A DNA stretch of 61,399 nt, filler included, from Sphacelaria rigidula (GCA_964200075.2; 9 parts of 9 records of this genome joined end to end with filler, not necessarily neighbours in it); one strand, 5' to 3'; positions 48,360-60,721 are shown, counted from the whole stretch's first letter. Numbers and translations: made by a program. The notes: generated from the letters alone by a model not told the origin.

Positions 48360-49814
48360 TTTAGAGTTGGCCTAAGACACGCCCTGAAAGGGTAAAAACA
48401 TTGCGCGAACGAACGGATCAAACATTACGCCCGTGCCGGATCTTCCATCTTGTACTCATCACATACAACATAGTTTCATAACCGATACAGATATCCAATC
48501 TTTGGCTCAACCTCTTGGTAGGAGTCATTGCCTTTACCATCTCCCAAATTAAATTAATCCCTTTCCACGCCTATCGTGGAGGACGGGGCCGCCGATAGGC
48601 GGCCCCGTCCGATCCTTCTACATACATACATACGCACGCACTTACGCACTCACGTACATACGTACATACGTACATATATACATGTGATGCATTTGTTTTG
48701 TATTTGTAGCTTTTTTTTTTCCAGTTTTTTACCGCACTTGCTTTTGGTTTGAAGTTTAAAAAAAAGTGGGGGGGGGGGGACATTTTCCCCTTCCTCACCA
48801 TCGCTGTTTTTTTTTTCCTTGAATATTTTGTTTTTCGTACATGTACACTTTATGTGAAGTCACGGTCTTCATATATAGATATATAGATATATATGTCGCA
48901 GATATTTTTTCATTTTTAGACATGCGGTTCGTGTTTTTCGTCGATTTGTCGTCCTGCGAGGAAGGAGATAACAGGGGGTGGTAAACATCGTTAGCTTTCT
49001 GATACCGGAGCTGTGTACCATTCTGGGGGCTGACTAGTCGTTGTAGCAGTTTTGTGCCACTCGTGGCCCACATGGCCCCGTATCGCCGATGCCGCTTATT
49101 TCTGGAGTACTGCGCTAGCGGTATTGCGATCTAGCCCGTTTTGGTTCAGGGTTTAGGAGCCATCGATACTTGCTATGTTTATTATCTGTTCCCCGCGCCG
49201 TACCTTGTCTAACTCTAGGGCGCGTGATGGGGTATCTCTGGCATTTCTGAGGGAAAAACAAACAAATTACATTTCGTGTGTGCGCCATCTTGTCTGTTAT
49301 TGGTACAGGAGCTGTTGAGAGCGGAGGTCGCTGCCCAAGGGCTGGGCGACGTTCCGCTGAGGTGACAAAAAGTCGGCGGATGATTTCGTGTGACTCTCAT
49401 GATTTGGAGCTCCGAGAGGCATGTGATACGACAACCATCTCGGATTTTTCCCTTGTCAATTCTCGATCGAAATATCTTTCAATAATTCTTCATGAATGTT
49501 TTGTCAAGGACACCCTGTCGTTCGATCGTTTTTAGAATAACATGTCTTGTTACCTAATATGCTCTCCCTGATAGAGTGGAGAGGTCACGTTTTCGTCGCG
49601 TTCGTTTGATCATTTGTTGAAATACCATATCCTGTGCACTTAATTGTTGTTTTTGTGGTTGTTATTGCGAGGATTAGCGGCGAAGCTAAAGAGCGCGAAC
49701 GCATGGTACTGGCGTGGGCCGCGGACTGGAACAAGCACACTGTCCGACTCGCTTCCCAGGCACACCTGTGCCAAGCTTGGCGGCAGGTATACGCGCGAAT
49801 AGTAATGACCGATC

Positions 49815-49985
49815 TTTAAGCTCTCAAAGCAATGTCTCATCGACACAGACGAGTTAGGCCATGATATGCATAATGTATTTATAGTCTAATCGAGGGGAAG
49901 GTTCCCATCTGCTCAAAAGTCTGGGCTAATATTTTCTCGTAGATTAGACCCCATGTCTAGTAATTCCTATACTTAATGGAGATAC
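49815..49985 (+). repeat. Dispersed repeat, second copy at about 53578-53748
   Basis: tttaagctctc.aagcaat.tctcatcgacacagacgag...cccatgtct.gtaattcctata is present at both loci. Confidence 0.75.
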
Positions 49986-50050
49986 TCATGGTGCTTGAAA
50001 GGAGTGGAACAAGACCATAATGAGAAGGGGGGGGCGTACTCAGGCCGGGA

Positions 50051-50097
50051 GGGGGGGGGGGGGGGGGTACTCATTTGTTGCTTGCCTTAGTCGTCTG
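50051..50097 (-). repeat. LINE 3'-terminus copy with a long poly-C
   Basis: G17 followed by tactcatttgttgcttgccttagtcgt. Confidence 0.8.
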
Positions 50098-50943
50098 AAA
50101 TACAACAGTAAGAAAAGACGAGAAAACCAGGGGGAACACGGGAGCACACGTAAAAAATACCTCACTTCATTGCTAATGAAAAGAGAAGGGGATGGCAGAT
50201 GAAAGTCATGACGAATGTGAGGATAGTAAGAGTCATATCTATCTATCTGTATATATCTGCTATACTCGACCGACACATGTTACTCTTCACCACTGAAAAT
50301 ATAGGATCGGAGGTGGCAGCAGCTCCCATCCTTCCTGTAGGCAAACAATCGGGTAAATTATCATTTGCCATCGCGTCCCGGTGATCGAATTGCTGCAACC
50401 GACATCATTCAAATCGTGTATTAAAAATCGTGTAAAAAACGCGTTTTTCTATTTAAATGATGTTGTCGCAATTCGATCAACGGGACGCGACGGTATAACG
50501 CGGGTTCGACTTCCGACATATATATATATAAAATGTTTAATATTTTCTGAGAAGTGTCTATTATAATTTCCATCGCTGTAAACGTGTGGGGCGTGAGCGG
50601 CAGCAAATACCTCGTTTTTTTTCCTTGTTCATGGGAGTCGATGCGGTGTGGGCTAGGGTAGAGTGGGTGCTGATAGTCATGATCTAACCCTTGATACCAA
50701 AATGCACGACGTGGCCTGTACCAGCGGAGAGACGGCTTTCGATATCTTGAGACCACGCACTCGTTGTCCAAAGGAAGGGGAGGCAGGTCCAAAGTGTGAA
50801 GGACAAAAAAGAAGAAAAATGTACGTAGTTGCCTTCCTCATGAAACAGAATATATCTTCTACCCCCCCCACCCCCACCCCCACGCCACCCCGCCTCACCC
50901 TACCTTCTTCCACGTGCACCGCGCGATTTTAATGACGATTCAG

Positions 50944-51221
50944 GTTTTGGAACTGTCGTTTGTAAGCGCCGGGGCTCTCCTATTCGGGCCTCCGCGAGAT
51001 CCTACCAAGGGCGTGGCTCCGCGGAGGCTGCTGTCCGCGTTGCTTCTGGGCGTGTTGCGCAAGCTCATGGGCAGGGGAGGGGCGGAGGAGAGGTTGCTGC
51101 AGCCCCTGGGACGCGCGTGTCTGTCGGTGGCGGGCGTCCTGCGGGAGCTGGGATCGTGCGCGCCGCTTCAGCTGGCGGAGTCGAAGCAGCTGATTTTCAG
51201 TCTTTTGGGATGCCTCGCCGG
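50944..51221 (+). CDS. Internal exon of an unknown, Leu-rich helical (possibly HEAT/ARM-like) protein
   Basis: Acceptor attcag| at 50943, donor |gtgagc at 51222. GC-rich open frame VLELSFVSAG...LIFSLLGCLA with GC-ending codon bias. Confidence 0.7.
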
Positions 51222-51549
51222 GTGAGCGACAGCAAAAGAGAAGGAGGGGAGGGGATGCAGGGAGAGAAAAAAAATGAATTGGAGAAGTGGAGTAGTAATG
51301 AGTGCGTCCGCGATATTTCTGTATGTTTGTTTGAGCGCCGCTTTTTTTTGTTATTGTGTGTATATGTGGGTTTGAACACGGGGGAAACGCGTGACAGGAG
51401 AGAGGGAAGAGAGGGAATAATTTCTTTTACAGGTTGTCGGGAGGAGCAAATCAAATCGCTTAGGTGGAAGAAAATTAACTGGCAGCGTGGTCGTTGATGT
51501 TGTTGTACGGTGCGGTCCGCAAATCATGATATCATGGCGCAGCATGCAT

Positions 51550-51591
51550 GCTGGTGCTGCTGCTGCTGCTGTTGTAATAGTGGTATAACAA

Positions 51592-51649
<58 letters not shown>

Positions 51650-51664
51650 TGTTGTTGTTGTTGT
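51550..51664. repeat. Compound trinucleotide microsatellite (GCT)n/(TAG)n/(TTG)n
   Basis: Directly visible. Confidence 0.95.
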
Positions 51665-52729
51665 TTCTCACATTAGCCCTTTTCTAGAAGTTTAGAGCCC
51701 GCGGTCGCACAAAAAGCCGTCGTACAAGAAGACAAAGTACAAGGGGTGAAAAAATGAAGAACAATGCGCCCGCGAACATCGTGTACGGAGACCATGTATG
51801 AATGCATGTACAGCAGACAACAGGCATGGGATACAGGCTAGTTCTCACGCTTATCACCCAAAATTGTGTCATCATCGGTGAATGCCTTCCGCAACACCGG
51901 CCCAATATGCGCGTACATGGTATCATGCTTGCCGGCATGAACAACCGAAGAGGGTGACATAGCCAGATTATTGTTAAGGGCTACAAGGGTGGCTGGCGCT
52001 GAGGGAGAAAATGTACGTCGACCAATCAGCGCCCTTTAAATTACTCTGAAATTCGAAACAGGAATTCCCAACGCAGTTTTTAATCAATCTCCATATGCTT
52101 CGAATCGTACGAGCGGGCATCAGCTCGGGAATCTCACGGGAAAACATATTTGAAAGTGGTCACCATAAGATCGGATTAAAACCCAAAACTGCGGTATGTC
52201 AGTGACGAGGGGTTTTGGCGTCCCCGCATTCCCTCCGGTCATGGGCAGTAAAGATCCGGAAAGCCTGCCAATCGTGTTCCTTATATCTGTCCCAGAAAAC
52301 TCCGACCGCCCCCAAATTCGGCACTTGGAAAGATACTGATGATCCAGATGAAAAAATGCATTGTCGAGAAATATTGCGAAGTTTCTCCGCTCTTTGCCAG
52401 CTTCCGGAGGTCCCAGCGTACAGACCCCCCGGAAGCCGGTTTAGCATGTCTCGAAACGAACGATGAAGAAGAATTTGTGCCCCCGGGGTGGTCCCACGAA
52501 CACGTGCACAAAGTTCCGTGGCCAAACTCGATCATGTGATAACTTGGTTTTTTGTTTTCAAGTCAAGCGTGCCCCGAAAACGTCATTTTTATCCTGAAAT
52601 CAAGTAGTTAACAGTTGTCACCGGGTACGGAAAATTTCATCGCAAAGAGGCGCCAACCTCTTCGTGATTTTTGGGAGTTTGACCCTGAAGTGTTTGCACA
52701 CATGTACCATGGGTCATTGCAAAAAATCC

Positions 52730-52860
52730 GATGGACGAAATTTTTTTCTTCACTTGAAATTTTCACCGGTTTTCGGGGGGCGCAGGTCCTCCAAGGGTGC
52801 GGGGACCCCCGAAAACCGGTGAAAAAATCCAAGAAGTGAAGAAGTGAAAATCGTCCCATC
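52730..52860. repeat. Foldback
   Basis: ttttcaccggttttcggggg / cccccgaaaaccggtgaaaa, with outer arms gatggacga...ttcttcactt / aagtgaagaa...tcgtcccatc. Confidence 0.7.
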
Positions 52861-54303
52861 GAAATTTATATCAGGGTGGTGAGCGTAACTAGCCTGTATT
52901 GAAGATTTCACCCCCGTGGTGGTGATGCTGGCGGTAGCACTGACGGAGGTGATTTAGTTGCACAGCCTCATTTCATGGAATGCTGGTCATGCTTGCTCAA
53001 CACACATCTTTCTTGCCGCTGAAGGTGGCCGCACAAGATCCTGGATTCGCTTTGAGGCCACCGCCGCGTTTTCATGGTCAATTGCCACAGTAAAAGGATG
53101 GATATCCACGGCAAGAAAACGTCCCTTGGGAGTCGAAAGTGGGGAATAGACTGGGCTACTACTAGAGTATTACCACACGATCCCACGAAGATAATAAAGC
53201 GACTTCCACACCAAAGTCGCGGTTGTTTTGTTGAAGAAAAGAAAAATCGAAACATCAGTCCAAATGTTATTTCACTTCGCGTTTTGGGCACCGGTCAACT
53301 TTTGTTTCTGCTCCTTTATTTCAATTCCCCCTCCCCCAAGCTTCCGGACACTATCCACATTTGCTGCCAATGTCATAAATCATAATTAACCGCACGTTGG
53401 CATCTCTCATGTTTCCTCTCGGTAGGAACCAAGATCAAGAGGCAGTCAGTCCAAAATATTCAGGGGAGAATGCCCCCATCTGCTTGGTCCAACCAGCCCT
53501 GAAGCGAGTTACAAACCCTGAAGAAATACTCGTTTTTTTCAAGGAATGCGTACGTGTTGGGTCGACCTAGACGCGGATTTAAGCTCTCGAAGCAATATCT
53601 CATCGACACAGACGAGATGGGCCGTGACCCGCATATCGTATTAATCGTCTGATCGTGGGGAAGATGCCCGTGTGCTCAGAAGTCTCGGCCGTTTTTTTCT
53701 CGTTGATTAAATCCCATGTCTGGTAATTCCTATATCGTACGGAGATAGCGTCTATACTAACGTCTATATGAAACCCCGAACAATATATACAGCGGGTGAT
53801 ATCGATTTTTGGTGTGGACATTTCCTGGAGAACGGGGAAACGATCAATACCCCCACTTTTACCTGATTCGTTATCTGTCTCGAGATATGGCGCACATGAG
53901 TTTCCATACTAAAATCAATATATTTCGAGCAGAGGCACTTGATGCACTAAATCTGGATATTGCGTCTCAGCTTTTGAGAGTTGTGCTTTGAAATTTCGTT
54001 TGGAGAATCATCACTGCATAATGAGTAAGAAGATAATCGTTTTTGGTCTTCGTGTTTTTTGGGGGGGGGATTGTTTTTTCAGGGGATTTTGAAGGAAAAA
54101 TGGCCATTGCTCTCGGACCTGATCTCAGTTTTTCAGCTCAATTTCAACTATTGAGACTTGAAACTTATCATCGAGGATTGCAAAGGCATGCGGAAAAAAA
54201 AATGAGTCCTTATTATTTATTTTTTTGGAGAGGTATGGGCCTTTTCGTGAAAAATGGTGGTCACTATACGAAAGCATCCTAAGCGAGTGAATATACCCGT
54301 AAT

Positions 54304-54508
54304 TGTGCGAGTCATCGCACACCCCTTGGACCGAAATTCAAAGCCCGATTACTCCATGACGAAGAGGGTGCCAACACCAAACGACGCGCTTTCGGACAGC
54401 TATCGACGAGATCTTTCCAGCGTCGCCCTTTTCAGAACTGATGCTATTCTTGTTGTGGAGTGATCGAGCTTTGAAATTCGGTCCAGGGGGTGTGCGATGA
54501 CTCGCACA
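54304..54508. mobile_element. 205-bp MITE with TGT...ACA termini and about 53-bp TIRs
   Basis: tgtgcgagtcatcgcacacccc.tggaccgaa.ttcaaagc.cgat.actcca is inverted at 54456-54508. No matching TSD. Confidence 0.75.
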
Positions 54509-54977
54509 CTTAACCTCTCAAGGGTCGGACAAATAATGATTCATCTGGAAATTACTTGGTTTTAGTANNNNNNNNNNNNNNNNNNNNNNNNNNNNNNNNN
54601 NNNNNNNNNNNTTAATTAATTAANNNNNNNNNNNNNNNNNNNNNNNNNNNNNNNNNNNNNNNNNNNNCTGCTCTTCGGCTTCATGCACGAGAACGCAGCA
54701 CCACACTCATGCAAAAAACGACCGTCTGTGTACAGAACCGTTTCACAAATCTGTGATACTGTACCGTCTGTGCCATAAAATGGTCACCCCTAGGGTTGCT
54801 CATCAACTAAATAATCACGGGTGACTATGATTAAAAAGTTGATTTGTCTGTGTATCAACATCATGATTCATTGTTGATTCGTTGAATTTTTGGGGGAAAA
54901 GAGGAGGCGTTTGCGTTGTGTAACGCCGTGTAACGCCAATTTTTGCCTGCGGCGCAACTGTACCTATAGGCGTTGCA

Positions 54978-56227
54978 ATGGTAAATGTGGATTATATATC
55001 GGGTGGGAAGATGTTTCACGAGGTTGAACGTGGTGTCAGCTACATAGGTCGTATCGATCAGATGTCCTACTACATATCAGGTGTGCTGTTGGGGGACGTT
55101 CCTGTTGGTGACACTGTGTCCATAGTAGGTATAGGCAACACCGGCTGCATGGTTGCCAATGAAGTAAAGGAGAAGTTGAGCAACAGCGGTTGTGTTGTAA
55201 TGCGTGAGAGGACCGCGCGCTGAGAGGATCGCGCCGTAGTTCAAAACACCTCAGGATTGATGTTTTTCAAAACCAGTCGGGCCAGTCCCTGCAGGTACCA
55301 CGCCCCTGACCATAGCCCCAATACTAACCCTAACCCTAACCATGGGGATGTTCAAATTCCGATGCGGTCCCCTGAGCATGCGGTCCTCTCACGCATGACA
55401 GTGTCGTCAGGGTGTACGAGATGACACAGCCAACTGTTGGTGCTAGAAAGGGTGTCACGGATGAGGACATCACCTCTGGTCGTTTCACCATATTTGCCAA
55501 AGATGCTGTTAGGGTGAAGGTCAGGGATGACGCTATGAGGTCCCACATGCCGACCAAGGGTATCGGGGATCTATTAGAGCGGTACAACAACGTCCTCGCA
55601 TCCAGTAGTGTGATTATGACGTTGACCAGGGCTGCAGGTGATGATGTTGTAAAGGCAGCTAAGTCTCTGTCGTCTGCAAATGATGGGACCAGCGCACAAC
55701 CGGCAACAATGGAGAACCTACAGCGTGACATTGCAAAGCTGGCCAAGTGCATCTCCACGTTAGCCAAGAGTAGCATGGATGCAGGTGTTGGTGTACCGTT
55801 GGCATCTGGTACCGCAGCATACGCCGGTGCTTTCACCAGTGCTGTAGGATCAGGCAACCAGGTACCACAGTACTTTGTTTTTCCGGGCATGGGTGGTAAG
55901 GTTGGAAGTGGCAAGATTGGAGGTGTATCATCGGACAGTGGTTCGGTTGTCAGCAAGGAGGAGAGAGCCCTGGTTGAAAGTTTGACATCTGGAGCATCAC
56001 TACCATCTAAACCGAGTGCGCCAACTCCTATCAACACTAGTACCCCTGGTCCTGTAATGAAGCGTGGAGTCAAGGTGTACCTCGCGGTTCAAACTTCATC
56101 TGCTGCATCCGAGCGTGTGTTCTCCGTAGGCGGACTCATGGTCACGAAGACCCGAAACCGCCTTAGTGGGGACCGGGTGGAAGACATAGTCTTCCTCCAC
56201 GAAAGCATGAAACATGATCTCTGGTAG
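54978..56227 (+). pseudogene. MITE-interrupted 346-aa ORF ending in the hAT C-terminal dimerisation domain
   Basis: Joining 55195 to 55405 fuses ORFs 54978 and 55412 in frame. The C-terminus YLAVQTSSAASERVFSVGG...TRNRLSGDRVEDIVFL is the hATC motif; no DDE core is visible. Confidence 0.8.
55196..55400 (-). mobile_element. Nested MITE with TGT...ACA termini, 4-bp TSD GTGT and internal (CCCTAA)n
   Basis: tgtaatgcgtgagaggaccgc / gcggtcctctcacgcatgaca; gtgt at 55192-55195 and 55401-55404; ctaaccctaaccctaacc at 55324-55341. Homologous to 1090-1327. Confidence 0.88.
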
Positions 56228-59225
56228 AAATCAAACCGCTACGCTGGTGGAGATTGCTGCTGGGCTCTGGAACATGGACTTTTCTGTTCACGACGCACTG
56301 ATTACAGGGGATCGGACTTGAAAGAAATATTACACTCATTGCATATTATTAGCACATCATCACTTGCAGCAGCACACTGGATTTGCATGTTGGAATACGA
56401 GTGGTTTTCATAAATGCATAGATGTCTAATGGGCATGTGCGTATGTGGTGGGAGTGTGGTAGTAGGTGTACTCCTGCGCACTGCGCACGTACGGACCCAC
56501 GATTTGACACTTCGGCATTTACTTTGAGGTAGAAAAGTGGTACACCACACAGGCACGAGAACCCGATACATGCAGCCTTCTTGATGTTGCAAACATGTTG
56601 CTTCAGGCAAACAGCACACGAAGTACAACACAACGACCGGAGACAGACAAATCGCGTGATGCCCATGCAGCTGGGATATTGAACCGAACACTGCTGCTCT
56701 GAGCGTGCGCACGCGTGGGTGTGCGCGGTGAATGCTATCTACCGAAGGATCAGCTCCTGTGGCTTGTCCGCTGTTCAAAAGCTTGAAAAATACTCAACAA
56801 TCAATGATAAGTTGATTCAATTCCCGTGGAGTTGGTTGTTTGATTATAATCAAACAATCATGATTATATCCACACGATTTGGACGAAACAATCAAGAGTC
56901 AAATCAACCCGCCCAAAAGTTGATGAGCAACCCTAGTCACCCCGATTTTGAGTACACGAATTTGAGTCCCCCCGATTTTCCCCCCGATTTTGAAAAAATC
57001 GGGGTGCAAAAAAATCGGGATTCGTTCGCCATAAAAGTGGGTCTTAATGCAGTGTTACGCCGGGGGACTTGTTATTTTATTTTATAGTCTTTTAAACACC
57101 TCCGCGAAAAACAGTGAAAAACGGTGGATGATGGCCAATGTCTTGATTTGATGAGGGTGGTCCGCACCAGCTGTGCATGCAGCAACGGCCCAGACAGCAT
57201 CGCCCGGGCGGAGGGAGTATGCGCGTGGAGGACTAAGGTATGCTGATATATACATAGGCAAGACCTTTGGCAGATTGCAATGACAACAATGCTCTTTGCC
57301 GAGAGTTATAGCAGAATCCGTCCTGCCCCGCGTGAACACCCCCCCCCCCCCTGCGAAACCTGACCTCCGGTGTCATGGGAGAGCACTGCGCTCGCGTAAC
57401 ACCACCGGCAGAGACACAGAAAACTGTTTGAGCATCTGCACAAAGCAGAAATTCCATTGCAAAAGGATTTACTGATATCCATTCATGTAGCAGGTGAAAC
57501 GAGTTGACTAAAGTTTGAAAAGTTTGAATTTTTATCCGCACCAGCACACGGGTCCTGCAGAGAGCCGCCTTTCCGTCGTACAAGCTGTTATACCCAGTAC
57601 AGCATAGCCCCGGGCAGTACAATACCATGCACCCCAGCGCAGCACAGAACAACACAACTGCATGCAACAAAGTGCAGTGCAGCACAGAGTATTGTACTAT
57701 CTGCGTTGTGTTCTGCGCGGCGGGTATAAACTGAGCCGGCTGGCAGAAGAAACACCGTGTACAGTACCACTTTAGTACGTAGATGGCGGTCGTGACCTTG
57801 CCGTCAAGATTCACGACGTTGCCAGATGCGGCCCTGGGGAACGTGTACTTCGGGGGGTCGTGTGCTCGATGGAGAAAGGTACCACACGCGCTTGGTGCCA
57901 TTTGAGGCGCAATGATCGCATGTTGGGAACGTGCGCCCGGGCTCCAACGACCACCAATGTGGAGGAAGATCATCGGAGTGTACACAGCGCGGGAGGTGTC
58001 AAGAAACTCGTATTTAGAGCAAGGCTCGGCGTCTTCTTTTCTCTCCGAATCCAGCAGAAATGCTGAAATCCATTTTTTTGTTCGACGCGGTGGAAAACGC
58101 CGAATGCCTCAGTTTCACATTATTATTCTGCACAGGCATAGGAATAGCAGGCATCCAAGGTACCTCCCTACTCTTATCCTCTGCCGAACGGGATTGCAGG
58201 ATCAGTACTATACCGTGCGCTAGCGGGTAAGCAAGCAGTACGTAAATCACTCTTATTCCTTGAAAATCGGAGCATAATACAGTACAGTGTTATAGGAGTG
58301 TGGTACATATCGCCATTATCCGTGGGGTATCCCAGTAGAGATCAGTGTTGTCTGCCAGTTCAAGAGAGGAGGCAGCTTCGCCGGGGGGGTTATGCAGCCA
58401 TGGCGGTTGTAAAGGCAGGCTCTTATTATCCTGAGGCGCAGTTCATTGTTGCAGATTTTTACCTGCCGACCCCCTTGCACTTTCCAACTTTTAACTCTTA
58501 TGCTCCCCTTGAGATCACCACGAATGCTTCCCAGTAAGTTCTTGAATTCACCAAAAAAATCGAGCCTGCGATTATTAGCTACGAAATATCTAAGATCGGT
58601 CGCTCCTGTAATCGTACATATATTTCGAGTTGGGAATTTGGACGTTACAACAATACGATACGATGATCGGATGCGGTGACCATGACAGATGATGATGCAG
58701 CAAGGAAAACTCCATTGTCGTTGGACCTCGCAGCACGAGAACCGCAATGTTGGAGGCACCTGGAATCAAAAGCATTGATGTGCAATCCTACCCCACCCAC
58801 CCACCGGTTCATTCGCTGACCGTAGATGCGGAAGATCCCCAAGACTCACACTTTGAATGCTACGTCTGGAGCACTTCTCAGACGCCAGTGGCGGCAGTCC
58901 GAACGTGAGATACGGCATCGCAATCGATCTCAAGGTAAGGGCACCACAACGCACTTGATGCAGCAATACTGCGGGAAGAGTAAGCGCTGAAGATCGCGGG
59001 CACCTTACTATATTACACTCGTTCCCGCTGATGATTGTGTGTCTTGAACGGAATTGAGTATGCATACATTTCGGAATGACATCCTGTCCCATGAACCCGC
59101 GACTCCTACGCTCGAAAAAAAAAGACCACACGGCTATCACGTTGTGCTGATTTATCGTTATTCCGTATCCTCCGGAGAGGTTGTGAAGTGCCTGCGCCAT
59201 TCCCAGCGCCATCCCCTCCAACATA

Positions 59226-59885
59226 GTGGTGTGCTTGTCAAGCCACGCGTACGTGGATACATCCGGGAATGTGCAAACCGTTCGATGTGCTTGCAAGCCA
59301 GAAAGGGCGGCGCAGAGACGTCATCGGTGCCAGGGATGCAGGTGTTTGGGGAACTGCACTCTGAGCTGCGGTTGCCAGGGCCGATGCATGTTGCCCCCTC
59401 CCACTTCCCCGGCGACAGACGCGACGTCCACTGATAATACCGCCGCAGTAAACATCGGTGCACGGGGCCGACGTCATAACGGGAGGGGTGGATCGACGGC
59501 GAACCGTGGAAGAGGCGGGTCAGCGGGGAAGCATGGCAGGGGCGGGTCCGCCGCGAGCGATGGAAGGGACGGGTCAGCGGCATTGCGTCCTACGGGCGAG
59601 GTGAATGGAGCGAGAAAAGCGCCAGGGGAAGGTGTAAATAATGGTCATGGTGTGGCGTCGTTCTGGCGCGACAGCGGGAGGGTGATGGGACAGGGATTGG
59701 ATCCGGAAATAGATCATACCCGTCGTAATTGCAGCGAAGATGAAGGAGATGGACCCTCACAGGGCGAGTCGAAGTATTCAGCGGGGATTTGGATTGGAGA
59801 TTCTGATTCCGAGTGCAGCGGGTCGGAAGGAAATGATTCTGTATCGGAAGCGGGCAAACACCACGACGAGGATGTCACGTTTTGA
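59226..59885 (+). CDS. Possible terminal coding segment with a CXC-like 9-Cys cluster, RGG repeats and an acidic tail (possibly transposon-derived or decayed)
   Basis: CACKPERAAQRRHRCQGCRCLGNCTLSCGCQGRC, then GRGGS repeats and a D/E/S-rich tail. The 5' boundary is unclear. Confidence 0.45.
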   Translation: MVCLSSHAYVDTSGNVQTVRCACKPERAAQRRHRCQGCRCLGNCTLSCGCQGRCMLPPPTSPATDATSTDNTAAVNIGARGRRHNGRGGSTANRGRGGSAGKHGRGGSAASDGRDGSAALRPTGEVNGARKAPGEGVNNGHGVASFWRDSGRVMGQGLDPEIDHTRRNCSEDEGDGPSQGESKYSAGIWIGDSDSECSGSEGNDSVSEAGKHHDEDVTF

Positions 59886-60652
59886 TCTAACCTGCAGAGA
59901 AAGTTAAAGACATGTATCGTATAGATGGATTGCGCAGGTATATATGTAACCGCGGCTGTTGTTGTCTCCTCTGGATATTGAGAGGCCGTTCCTTGCGTTG
60001 ATGGGAAATGTGTGCTGTGGTTAATGTGGTGCGCCCTTGCGTGCACATCAATACGGCGAGTAGTCCGGCGATGCCCTTGGGCGAATCGCCGGTTGAAAGT
60101 GAAGACAAGCATTGATAGTAATGAAACGACTCAGAAAACATAATCAGGGTGGAAGAAATGGCCTTGAATCTAACGTCTTGGATTACTGTGCGACCCGGCA
60201 CCGCACGTGCATCGCCTCGAGGAGTTGGGCTGTGTCCAATTTCGTTCTGCACAGCGGGCGAACCGCCAGGCATCGTTGGTACCACCGATCGCAGTCGATA
60301 ATCAAATTGGGGAAGGAGTTTTTCAATGAGGATGACTACCGGGAAAGAGCAAATGGTGTTATCTATACCACTTCTTCGAGCCCGTATTGCATTTGTTTAT
60401 GTACTGGCAGCCATTGGCCACAACTGCATGTCAAACGATTGTGGATGCGGAGCACCGAAACTTTGAGGTCCAAGGTGCAACGGCGATGTTGGGGAATGAA
60501 GGCGATCTTTTTGTATCACGTAGGTTACCCACATATATTCCAATTTTCAATTTTTCAATTTTTCAAATTGGTTGTTGTCTCAGGCTATTCCAGATTCGGC
60601 TTTGAATTTCTGTGATAAAAAACACTCTCGTTTTTTTTCGGAGTACTTTTCA

Positions 60653-60721
60653 AAAAACGAGCAGAACTTCTTGAAAAACGAGCAGAACTTCTTGAAAAAC
60701 GAGCAGAACTTATTGAAAAAC
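60653..60721. repeat. 21-bp tandem repeat, about 3.3 copies
   Basis: aaaaacgagcagaacttcttg repeated. Confidence 0.9.

Larger units (their letters stand above)
54791..56935 (+). mobile_element. Complete non-autonomous hAT element (2145 bp) with a cargo ORF
   Basis: Perfect 18-bp TIRs TAGGGTTGCTCATCAACT / AGTTGATGAGCAACCCTA and a perfect 8-bp TSD GTCACCCC (54783-54790, 56936-56943). TGATT/AATCA-rich subtermini; hAT dimerisation peptide inside. Confidence 0.95.

Noticed and set aside
51351..51695. Poly-Tyr and poly-Val ORFs
   Set aside because: Products of trinucleotide repeats.
52895..52963. Possible further degenerate member of the palindrome family (gaagatttcacc...ggtgatt...gcaca)
   Set aside because: Arms are too diverged and the AGCGCT centre is absent.
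55336..56073. 245-aa minus-strand ORF
   Set aside because: Antisense shadow of the plus-strand hAT cargo ORF.
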